Shown here: piece after piece, positions 20,401-28,575 of the stretch
Layout of the letters: every line of letters starts with the position of its first letter
Position numbering within the stretch: position 1 is the stretch's first letter
Source of the DNA: an uncultured archaeon
Lineage (GTDB): Archaea > Thermoplasmatota > Penumbrarchaeia > JASLWR01
Direction: 5' to 3'
Assembly (NCBI GenBank): GCA_964342815.1
Contig: CAYFHS010000002.1
Location: 56,690-120,689 of the forward strand
Length of the DNA: 64,000 nucleotides
The notes under the pieces: model-generated
The model's database searches: none
Told to the model about the DNA's origin: nothing
The model's input: only the letters and a program-made list of their open reading frames with translations
Position numbers and translations under genes: made by a program

Positions 20401-21557
20401 TAGTAATCGGCACCCCATCGATTCACGCTGGAGCTGTCCGATATGGGTATGGAACTGTACGTTTCTTCCAGGTCAACCTTTATGTTCAGATTGGAATAGC
20501 CGTATTTTCCTTCGTCAATGCTGGTATCGTCCAGATAATTCGCCACAAGCCAATTCAGATAAGCATCCAGGGCATTGTCGGAGTACCCCAGGGAGGAAAG
20601 CACGTTAGATACGCCGTTGAAACCGTTTCCCGAATTGGATATCAACGCTTTGGTGAATGTATCCCCTCCGTACTGATCCGCAAGATAGGAAATCCATGCT
20701 GCAGTAGAACCGTAGTCATACGGGTAATTGTCGAAACGTGTGAGGTCGTTGTCGGGGTAAGCTTCGAAATAGCGGAGGTGGCTCCTGACGCCCCCTGCGT
20801 TCTGGCCGTATGCCTTTATTATAGCCCAATCCGCGCAGCCTTCGTTTATCCACAGGTTCTCATTCGCATCCTTGCTGTGGTGAAGAAGATGTTGATACTC
20901 GTGGGCCAGTATCTCAAAGCCCCAGCCGTTGATGTCCGCACTGTCCACATAGACCCTTTTGGGCCGCGATCCAGTGAAGAAACCCCCAACACCGCCGCCG
21001 CCGTCGGACTCCGGAGAGCCGCCGTCGCGATAATAGACATACACATCGATCTTGAATCCCACGGTACCGAATGCTTCCTCATTGCTGGGCCATATCTTGT
21101 TGTCGAATTCGTTCTTCAGGCTCTCGAAGCTGTTGGAACCTGTCTCTACATAGATATCGCAATAGGTCCCGGTATTGGTCTTGGTATATCCGTCCCATTT
21201 GCGGGTGCTTTCCTCGGGGATATCATCGGGCTCGATCTCCATGAGGTCGTCACGGGCCAGAAGTTCCAGGTATTTCATGTTGAAGAATGTACTGGCATCG
21301 AAGGCAATGGGGACGCCTTCGTCAGTATATTCCTGTGGGATTTCCTTCGACCACTCAACCATCTCATGGTACCATTCGTCGAAATACCCGTACGATAAGC
21401 GTGTAGCGATATCGGTCTTCGAGGGAACTGGCAAAGCTGGCGCACTGGTTTCACCCGTCCTCACATCGGTCTGCCGGGAGAGATCGAAGGTTCCCGCGGC
21501 GGATACAATGAGTACGGCCACAAGGAAAAAACAGCTCAGAATGATACGGCGGCTCAT
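17442..21557 (-). CDS. Secreted zinc metallopeptidase (M6/M30-like) with OmpL47-type beta repeats, PKD, TM and a long acidic cytoplasmic tail
   Basis: AHEYQH...WINEG; repeated D..PP.T.....P..PDG.NGWY...YYS.D.AGN.E modules; PKD; TM. MSRRII at 21557 gives a signal peptide (the ORF track starts at 21635). Confidence 0.85.
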   Translation of the reverse strand: MSRRIILSCFFLVAVLIVSAAGTFDLSRQTDVRTGETSAPALPVPSKTDIATRLSYGYFDEWYHEMVEWSKEIPQEYTDEGVPIAFDASTFFNMKYLELLARDDLMEIEPDDIPEESTRKWDGYTKTNTGTYCDIYVETGSNSFESLKNEFDNKIWPSNEEAFGTVGFKIDVYVYYRDGGSPESDGGGGVGGFFTGSRPKRVYVDSADINGWGFEILAHEYQHLLHHSKDANENLWINEGCADWAIIKAYGQNAGGVRSHLRYFEAYPDNDLTRFDNYPYDYGSTAAWISYLADQYGGDTFTKALISNSGNGFNGVSNVLSSLGYSDNALDAYLNWLVANYLDDTSIDEGKYGYSNLNIKVDLEETYSSIPISDSSSVNRWGADYYKFRNGQEGFGLEFKGKGGGNDFAVWVVKMGSTSVEVDYMNLDASDYGKHPLPGFGSTFSTVIMIVTADEGANYDFGIIHMDTLPPVTTISVNPVVPDGKNGYYVTEPEISLSTEPLATTYYYWNDEENETNIYTSAFQVPEGINNLNFYSVDEYSNRELTRTYNYMVDTLLPETVMLLIPEKPDGPLFNGWYVTHPNIELSGEPEAKIFYKWDDGDEKLYDGNVGTLEGEHVLYYWSEDEAGNIEKPKEMILKIDTMAPITVADMRIDDSPVDSSEWYNETVRIELIADELVETLYSWDGDTFNLYNRYLESPEGEHVLSFYSIDEAGNQEYLKEVVIRTDTISPITTITLFPEEPDGTNGIYTSIPEIYFYSDDPEAVSYFYWDDQLPLVYDPLMDEIIPTIGSHNLSFYSVDTANNKEETQHIEIIIDVNPPITRFTREPMFPDGDNDWYNNITLELESFSKDVFKTYYYFDYDMKVREFQRTLGDELEDGEHVFYYYSVDMAGNRETPNSFIFKLDTTPPSAFFKPLTDDVEKGEVMTFSASESSDNMGVGTYKYIYGDGTFSNWVTMENVTHSYSKEGTFTAGLRVRDASGLESSIYQRRITITDKNEDDGGSGMMSFLPMSPAYQYIFLIIVSILVLVIILLVIYSSKRKKRKESLNEPDEEAENMEKEAIRLYGERGIRKRKTSGSRSGIMGPGKDAEFPVSDLEREPYPMFEDTSRGDALYISHGEIEEEYLLPENTSQDWESFEKYGEEDSIEYEDEGEYFSESFADNNYQSDFEEYPTMSHSEEEDWFSKNDEHDIVDLVPMRTDDSGKVMYASEDYGHYDGDQNGDDYGNEDKDIDGNEGEDMDGNESEVEDADGNKGMEGNEGEVEDADENKDMEGNEGEDMDGNEGEDIDGNEDKDIDGNEDKDIDGNEGEDMDGNEGEDMDGNEGEDEDESMHSYGPEAFTDTDWDEDAEEDDSEERHDTSQAQEGLESWNL
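17580..17890. repeat. In-frame 24-bp tandem repeat encoding (M/I)DGNE(GE/DK)D units
   Basis: CCCTCATTCCCATC(C/T)ATATCCT(C/T)N repeated about ten times, with two longer variant units. Confidence 0.9.
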
Positions 21558-22168
21558 ACGGTTCCCTCTTAACTTAACCTCTAACAAAGACCGGTAACAA
21601 TATACGAGTATAAATATATAAGATTTATAGAGCAATGTTTCAAGTTATTCGAACATTACTACCCGTTTTCACCTCGTATACGATAGTCTTTGGAATTTGA
21701 ACACAATCATATAATGCCCTTTAATATTATAGTATTTTGTTTCGTGGTTATCAAATTTCATAAAAAACAACACGAGAAGTTACAAAACTTGATTAAATAC
21801 ACCGTGCACGGTTGAGAAGTTCACAAAAGTCAATGGTATAGTTCAAGATATGAACAAACCTCTTTGCTACATCATCATTCAAGGCCCTCGACACTAAAAC
21901 GGGAGGGACCCTCCAGTAGACTGAATGACTATAGTGCAAATTAACTTTCTTGAATCCCGCTTCCTCTAACTCAGTTCATCTAGGATCAGTGCGGCAGAGA
22001 ATTTTCGTGAAAACATCGCATAACTCCCCTTTACCGAACTTATTGTTCGTGAATCGGGGAGTTATGGCGAAATACCGTGTCCACCAAATTGTAATGAAAT
22101 AAATATAGGCTGACGTAATTTTAAAGTAGTTGAAAAAGAATCTATAGATTACAAATAATGAATAAAAA

Positions 22169-25100
22169 GTGAAATTTATGAAACGATTGCGCGTACTTGT
22201 CATAGCCTTCATACTTTTAATGCCACCGTCTTTTTCACATGTGATGGAAATTATTAATACAACTACCGTTCATAATTATTCTCCCGATGAGAAATCTTCC
22301 CAAAAAACTCGAAGCGGGCCGGATTATTTCGTTTTGGAAAAGACTCTCACTAATCATTCGAACCAAGTGAATTGTGTAGACTGGTCTTCTGATGGAAATA
22401 GATTGATTTCCGGCTCACAGGATGAATATCTAAAGATTTGGAATACCACAAACTGGAATTGCATGAAGACAATAGATGGACACTATTCGCCGGTTCTGTG
22501 TGCCGAATGGTCGCCAGATGTAAGTATGGTCGCGTCAGGATCAAAAGGAGATAACAATCGATTGGTTATTAGAAATACAATTCATTGGTCCTCGATCGAG
22601 ACAATAACCGATCATCCATCGGGTGTTTATGGTGCTAGTTGGCGCTCCGATGGTAGAAGATTAGCATCTTTAGGCATGGCAGGTTTAATAATCTGGGATA
22701 CAAATAATTGGAATGACATGTACACGATTCAAGCAAGCGCTGGAATAACAAATAGCGTCAAATGGGCACCCAATGGGTCTCGTGTGGCCTTTTCCTGTGA
22801 TGATGGAAAAATTGTCATATCGGATGGTATTGGTTCTTTTTGGGATTGGGTCCTGATAGATTGGGGTGGAATTACAGGGATTGCCTGGTCACCAGATAGT
22901 AATTTGTTGGCATCAGGCTCATTGGATTCAGTAATAAAAATATGGAATGCCAATAGCATGGAACGTTTAAAAAATATCAGCGGTCATTCTGACTACGTGT
23001 TTTGCGTGGATTGGTCCCCCGATGGGAAGAACTTAGCATCCGGTTCAAAAGATTCTACAATTAAAATATGGGACACAACTACTTGGAATTGCATTCAAAC
23101 TCTTACCGGGCATTCGGATGATGTTTTATCTGTTTCGTGGTCACCGGATGGGACTCGATTGGCTTCTTCTTCTAAGGATAATACAATTAGAATCTGGGCC
23201 GGTGATTCTGATCACGATGGAGTATATGAATACATTGATGCTTTTCCAAAAGATCCTGCCGCGTCTCAGGATTCCGATCGTGACGGTTATCCCGATGAAT
23301 GGAATGTTGGTAAATCTGCTGACGATTCAACATCCGATCCCCGCTTAAGATTGGACGATTATCCATTTGATCCCGCAGCATCTCTTGATTCCGATGGCGA
23401 CGGCATTCCCGATGAATGGAACCAAGGAATGAGCCACGAAAATTCTACGACCGATCTTACTCGTTTGGATGATTTCCCCAATGATATTGCAGCTTCGCTT
23501 GACTCTGATCTTGACGGTTATCCTGATGAATGGAATGATGGGAAGAATCAACCGGACTCAACCACCGGATTGATTCTCGATGTCTTTCCCTTTGATCCAA
23601 CCCAGTGGTCAGATACCGATGGTGACGGTTTTGGGGACAACATTTCTGGAAACAACTCAGACCAATTTGCAACCGATCCCGCAGCATCCCAAGATACCGA
23701 TGGTGATGGATATCCGGATGGATGGAATGCCGGAAAAGACGCTCTCGATTCTACTACTGGTCTATATCTCGATGCCTATCCAACCGATCCCGCAGCATCC
23801 AGAGACAGCGATAACGACAGTTTTCCAGATGAATGGAATATCGGAAAATCAATCTGGGATTCAATAACTGGAATCGAAAGACTAGACGCTTTTCCAACTG
23901 ATCCTGCAGCTAGCCTCGATAGCGACGGCGATGGTTATCCGGATGGATGGAACGAGGGGAAAAATGGATTTGATTCGACAACCGGAATCCGTCTTGATGC
24001 CTTTCCCGATGATTCAGCTGCCTCGGCAGATAGCGACGATGATAATTATCCGGATGAATGGAATAGGAACAAAAGTGCTGAAGATTCGACAAAAGGTCTC
24101 ACGCTGGACGCTTATCCTGTAGATCCCTCGGCCAGCCTTGATAGCGATAATGATGGTTATCCCGACGAATGGAACGTTGGGAAATCCGTCGAGGATTCCA
24201 CCTCTGATCCACCTTTGAGGTTGGATAATTTCCCCAATGATCCTGCAGCCAGCCTCGATACGGACGGTGATGGGTATCCCGATGAATGGAATGTCGGAAG
24301 AAGTGAAAATGATTCTATCTCGGACCCGCCCCTCCGGCTTGATGATTTCCCCACCGATCCTGCCGCCAACATTGATAGCGATGGGGATGGGTATCCGGAT
24401 GAATGGAATACTGGAAAAAAGGAGAAAGATTCAACATCCGATCCAGCGCTACGTCTGGACGCTTTTCCCGATGATCCTGCAGCCAGCTTCGATTTCGACG
24501 GTGACGGTCATCCCGATAGATGGAATAATGGAACTGATAAAGATGATTCCACGACAGGGCTGGTCATAGATGAATTTCCCACGGAATCCAGCCAATGGAG
24601 CGATTCGGATGGAGACGGGTGGGGTGATAATTATGCGATTGAATCATGGGGAGTTGGAAGAAAAGTCGGCATCTATCTATCAGGAGCATACAAACCTGAT
24701 GCCTATCCTAATGATGCAACAAAATGGCTTTTTGAGATCGATAACGGCGGCTTGGATGACGATGATAATGATGATGATATTACAATGGATGACGACGAAA
24801 TTCCAGAAGAGACCGGACCGACTCCAGAATCCAATAATTCATGGATATGGATTCTCCTGATCGGATTATTAATTATATTTGTAATTATCATCAGTCTAAT
24901 TATTATAGTACGAAAGGGGAAAAAGACAAAAGAGATTGGTGGCTTAAAAGAAGTTGAAAATTCGTATCCTCCAATTACTCAGCCTTCGCAACAGATGGAT
25001 TATTATCCACAATATGAGCAAGCTCAACAAAACCAGCCATTACCAGCTGAAAATATGCAAACTGCCACATATCCCCCAATTTCCGAGTATATCCCACCGG

Positions 25101-25171
25101 ACACCAATCCCTCGACCGAATCAAGAATTTTACCTCAAACCCAACTAAATGAACAAGTTTACAAGAGATAA
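22169..25171 (+). CDS. Secreted WD40 beta-propeller protein with many thrombospondin type-3-like Ca-binding repeats, TM and a Pro/Gln-rich tail
   Basis: GH...V..V.WSPDG..LASGS.D.TIKIW repeats; more than ten DAFP.DPAAS.DSD.DGYPDEWN units; TM WIWILLIGLLIIFVIIISLIIIV. Confidence 0.9.
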   Translation: MKFMKRLRVLVIAFILLMPPSFSHVMEIINTTTVHNYSPDEKSSQKTRSGPDYFVLEKTLTNHSNQVNCVDWSSDGNRLISGSQDEYLKIWNTTNWNCMKTIDGHYSPVLCAEWSPDVSMVASGSKGDNNRLVIRNTIHWSSIETITDHPSGVYGASWRSDGRRLASLGMAGLIIWDTNNWNDMYTIQASAGITNSVKWAPNGSRVAFSCDDGKIVISDGIGSFWDWVLIDWGGITGIAWSPDSNLLASGSLDSVIKIWNANSMERLKNISGHSDYVFCVDWSPDGKNLASGSKDSTIKIWDTTTWNCIQTLTGHSDDVLSVSWSPDGTRLASSSKDNTIRIWAGDSDHDGVYEYIDAFPKDPAASQDSDRDGYPDEWNVGKSADDSTSDPRLRLDDYPFDPAASLDSDGDGIPDEWNQGMSHENSTTDLTRLDDFPNDIAASLDSDLDGYPDEWNDGKNQPDSTTGLILDVFPFDPTQWSDTDGDGFGDNISGNNSDQFATDPAASQDTDGDGYPDGWNAGKDALDSTTGLYLDAYPTDPAASRDSDNDSFPDEWNIGKSIWDSITGIERLDAFPTDPAASLDSDGDGYPDGWNEGKNGFDSTTGIRLDAFPDDSAASADSDDDNYPDEWNRNKSAEDSTKGLTLDAYPVDPSASLDSDNDGYPDEWNVGKSVEDSTSDPPLRLDNFPNDPAASLDTDGDGYPDEWNVGRSENDSISDPPLRLDDFPTDPAANIDSDGDGYPDEWNTGKKEKDSTSDPALRLDAFPDDPAASFDFDGDGHPDRWNNGTDKDDSTTGLVIDEFPTESSQWSDSDGDGWGDNYAIESWGVGRKVGIYLSGAYKPDAYPNDATKWLFEIDNGGLDDDDNDDDITMDDDEIPEETGPTPESNNSWIWILLIGLLIIFVIIISLIIIVRKGKKTKEIGGLKEVENSYPPITQPSQQMDYYPQYEQAQQNQPLPAENMQTATYPPISEYIPPDTNPSTESRILPQTQLNEQVYKR

Positions 25172-25292
25172 TAACTGATTTAGAAATAGATGAAGAATTT
25201 CGTCAGCCTTTTTTATATAATGTTAAAGATTAATTAATAATGGTGGTGGACACGGTAAACTACGGTACTTCGTACCTTGCTCCTAGCGGAGT

Positions 25293-25428
25293 CGCATAAC
25301 TAGCCAGTTTCCAGTTCTCGGCTGACGCCTCCACCGCAACTTCCTACCCCGCCAATGGTGTTCTTGTTGGGTAGTTCCCCCCTACGGAAGTTCGGAAACT
25401 GGCAAGACGTTATATCGAAGTCCCCTGC
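25293..25428 (+). repeat. attC-like hairpin element E1 (direct repeat with 26965-27100)
   Basis: CGCATAAC...GTTATAT ends; GCCAGTTTCC/GGAAACTGGC, AACTTCC/GGAAGTT and CTACCC/GGGTAG stems; aligns colinearly with E3. Confidence 0.7.
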
Positions 25429-25580
25429 TCTTTTCTCCTGGCCAACCGGGTAGGTTGGCACAACTTCGTGACATATGAGACATATTCACGATGAAATATC
25501 TGAGATATTTCTCCCAAATACAGTGCGAAAAGGCACTGCGTAGACTTTATGCGATTCGGAAATCTGCAGGTCGTTATGCG
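25420..25580 (+). repeat. Multi-hairpin element E2 abutting E1
   Basis: CCTGC/GCAGG closure; hairpins GCCAACC/GGTTGGC, GAAATATC/GATATTTC, CAGTGC/GCACTG; ends TTCGGAAATCTGCAGGTCGTTATGCG. Confidence 0.65.
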
Positions 25581-25626
25581 TAATTGTCATATTCGGGCTA
25601 ATCTTAGAAGAATGCATCTTCTTTTT

Positions 25627-26778
25627 TTAAAATGAAACAAAATCAGTCAACCTCAATTGACCTGTTTTTTTAATTGGTGTAGCCACTCGCTTTAAATTTT
25701 CTTTCAGGATATCTAATCGTTGTTTGATTATTAAGTTAGAAAATATATGAATCATTTCACCAAAATCTTCTTCATTACCTAGTTTTAGAGCATCAATATA
25801 GAGTTCTCGATCTTTGCCTAAAAATAATAATTTTGGAAATTTCTCTCTTATTAACATATAATTAAATAATTCACGTCCAACTCGACCGTTACCATCGGTA
25901 AATGGGTGAATCATTTCGAATTCGTAATGAAACATCACTGCTGCTTCAAAAGGGTGCTTCGCATTTTTTAAATCCAAATAATATTTTATTATGATGTTAT
26001 TTAATTCTTCCTCAATAAATATGGAAGGACATAGGGGAACGCCACACCCTGCTATTCCGATATCATTAACTCTTCGAAAAGTGCCAGCGGATTCATAATC
26101 AATATTATTCATTATTAAGGCATGAAGTGTTTTAATGAAATCAAGACTTACTTTCCCACGATACTGATTCCGATACCTCACTACCTTTTTAAAATTCTGA
26201 ACTTCATTGATTTCCCTTAAACTTTTTCCTTTTGGAGCAATATTATTAACTAATAGATCATGCGCCTGCTTTAGTGTTAATGTATTTCCCTCTAGAAAGG
26301 TTGTTCCCTGTATGTAATGTATTTCAAAATCATGCTCATAGACTTTAATTTCATTTACTGTTAATAATTCGGTAACGGCTTTATATATATATCGAATCTC
26401 TTCAAGTTTCCTAACTTGTTCTTTAGAGAGATGGTCCGAATTAAAGAAAGAAATACTTATTTCAGCTCTCTTTGTTGCAGCTTTTATTTCCATTTCATAT
26501 GCATATTTCTGTCGATAAACCTCTATCTCTTCTGCATTAGGAGGGAGTACGCCCAAATATTTCCGTGCCTTCCTTTTCTTCCCTCTTACAAATACATCTT
26601 TTACAAGGAAGTATTTTGGCTTACCTCTTTTGGGATAGGTTACCTCAACTCTATATGGTTTTTTCGACATGTTTACCATAGGGGAGACCATGTATTTCAA
26701 AGTTTCGAAGAAAACTCCGTCTCCTACATTTTTGGTAATGAAAACGCAGTTGAATAGAAATGAATTACTAATTTTCAT
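25627..26778 (-). CDS. fic: Fic family protein (class II-like, with an N-terminal inhibitory motif)
   Basis: HPFTDGNGRVGR catalytic motif; TTFLEG matches (S/T)xxxE(G/N); visibly AT-rich. True start is likely one of the ATGs at 26691, 26679 or 26670. Confidence 0.92.
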   Translation of the reverse strand: MKISNSFLFNCVFITKNVGDGVFFETLKYMVSPMVNMSKKPYRVEVTYPKRGKPKYFLVKDVFVRGKKRKARKYLGVLPPNAEEIEVYRQKYAYEMEIKAATKRAEISISFFNSDHLSKEQVRKLEEIRYIYKAVTELLTVNEIKVYEHDFEIHYIQGTTFLEGNTLTLKQAHDLLVNNIAPKGKSLREINEVQNFKKVVRYRNQYRGKVSLDFIKTLHALIMNNIDYESAGTFRRVNDIGIAGCGVPLCPSIFIEEELNNIIIKYYLDLKNAKHPFEAAVMFHYEFEMIHPFTDGNGRVGRELFNYMLIREKFPKLLFLGKDRELYIDALKLGNEEDFGEMIHIFSNLIIKQRLDILKENLKRVATPIKKTGQLRLTDFVSF

Positions 26779-26964
26779 AAAGGGAGACCCTGTAAATAGA
26801 ATCTAAGGAATATATGCCGTCACCGGTTAATAGAAGTTATATGATTTTACTGATAAAAATAAAAAAAAATGCGAAATATTTTACTATTTAGTTTGAAATA
26901 ATAGACTAATAACCCGAAGATGCCAACTCTTCCTCCCTACAGCTCATTACGACACTTACGTGCA

Positions 26965-27100
26965 CGTATTACTAGCCAATTTCAGGCTCTCGGCTGAAGC
27001 CTCCGCCACAACATCCTACCCCACCAATATGGATCTCATGGGGATGGTTCCCCCCGTAGGAAGTTCGGAAATCCGCAAGTCGTCATACGAAGTTCTCTGC
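26965..27100 (+). repeat. attC-like hairpin element E3 (degenerate direct repeat of E1)
   Basis: ACTAGCCA.TTTC..G.TCTCGGCTGA.GCCTCC...CAAC.TCCTACCCC.CCAAT...GGAAGTTCGGAAA...GCAAG.CGT.ATA.CGAAGT shared with E1; ends CGTATTAC/GTCATACG. Confidence 0.7.
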
Positions 27101-27280
27101 ATTATTGAATGAAAAAAATAACCATCCAATATTTTCAAACAATTGTAAAGAATAGATTATGATGGATGTTTCATTCTGGATCGAACGAGGCTACATGTAG
27201 TCTACATGTCGTACCGACGATTAAATAGCGTAAAATGTGTAATTGAATCGTACGCGTTTGCGTACAGGAGGACAAAAAAA

Positions 27281-27859
27281 ATGAGAAGAATGGAAAAGAA
27301 CGACGAGGCCGTATCCCCCGTTATCGCCATCATCCTCATGGTGGCCATAACAGTTGTGCTGGCCGGTGTATTGTACATGTGGGTCATCTCTATGGTCGAT
27401 CCGAATGAAAAACCATCCATCATGATTTTTGAGGTCACCGATGGGGTGAACAAGGATTCGGAGCACGGATGCTTTTTCAAGATTCGCGCCGTGAGTGAGG
27501 TCGACATCGATCCCACGAGATATTTCTTCACGGTGAGCGAGAGCGGACAATCGCCCAAATCCCTTGATTTCAGATTCCGAGACTACGAGGATCAGGGAGA
27601 GGATGAACTGACACCCGTAGGTGGAGATAGAAACAAGACCTATCGATATGACGAAAAGAATTGGAAGATCGAGAACATGAACGTGGAGGGCCCCGGTCAA
27701 ATGTGGAACGACGGTGAGTATATCGCTTTCGACATGCCAATGGCCAGAAAGGGTGTGGAAATAGACAAGGGCAGCGAATACGAGGTCATGATAAAGAACC
27801 CAAACCATGAGATTGTTTTCAGGGGTACCTTTGTATATCAGGAACAGCCGTCAAGCTAA
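27281..27859 (+). CDS. Archaeal type IV pilin (class III signal peptide, DUF1628-like N-terminus)
   Basis: KNDEA/VSPVIAIILMVAITVVLAGVLYMWV; AGGAGG RBS at 27266-27271. Confidence 0.9.
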   Translation: MRRMEKNDEAVSPVIAIILMVAITVVLAGVLYMWVISMVDPNEKPSIMIFEVTDGVNKDSEHGCFFKIRAVSEVDIDPTRYFFTVSESGQSPKSLDFRFRDYEDQGEDELTPVGGDRNKTYRYDEKNWKIENMNVEGPGQMWNDGEYIAFDMPMARKGVEIDKGSEYEVMIKNPNHEIVFRGTFVYQEQPSS

Positions 27860-28122
27860 ATACACGCATCTCAAATAATTTCTCTTTTTTTTTATCAATG
27901 TCCACCATATGCTCAAAAAATAGTAATGCTAAGAATGATCTAAGTTCCATATTTATATAACAATTCGGTGTATGACCATACGGCCCAATAGATTTATAAC
28001 AATTGAATTGCATTCATAGGATTCAGCAGAATCGGTTCCTTTGGACCGCGATTCTACGAACGTTGTCAAACTGCAAAGCATTTTGTCGAACTTTGCACCA
28101 TTGACAATATACTGGTGGGGAA

Positions 28123-28536
28123 ATGGAAGATAAAAGGGCTAACACGGGTTTATTATGGTCAATACTGGTGCTTGCAATAGCGGATGTTGTCTTTATTATT
28201 TCCTTCAAGATGGAGTTCGTCCCGGCTTTAACTGAAATGATGAGCGAGACAACGGCCGAGACCATAAGTGAATTGTTCCTGTTGTTCTTCCTCATCGTTC
28301 TAATATTGTACGTCCCGGGCGGGAGAGTCAAACGCCGGGAGAAAATATCCACGGTGGTGGTCACCCCCATAGTTGAAGAGGAGGAGATTTTATTTTCACC
28401 CGCAGCCGAAGAAAACGGGGATATCGCGGAAGTCGAAGAATATCATACGGATCAGGAAGGGGAAAAAGAAGCAGACGCCGAAGCGGTAGTAGTATCAGTT
28501 GAGGAATATAAAAAAGAGAAAAAAGGATCAGAGTAA
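28123..28536 (+). CDS. 2-TM membrane protein with an acidic C-terminal tail
   Basis: Two hydrophobic helices, then an E-rich tail; 39 bp upstream of the ATPase gene. Confidence 0.7.
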   Translation: MEDKRANTGLLWSILVLAIADVVFIISFKMEFVPALTEMMSETTAETISELFLLFFLIVLILYVPGGRVKRREKISTVVVTPIVEEEEILFSPAAEENGDIAEVEEYHTDQEGEKEADAEAVVVSVEEYKKEKKGSE

Positions 28537-28575
28537 GAAAATTCATCTGGAAAATGCGTAATACGAGGCAGAGAT

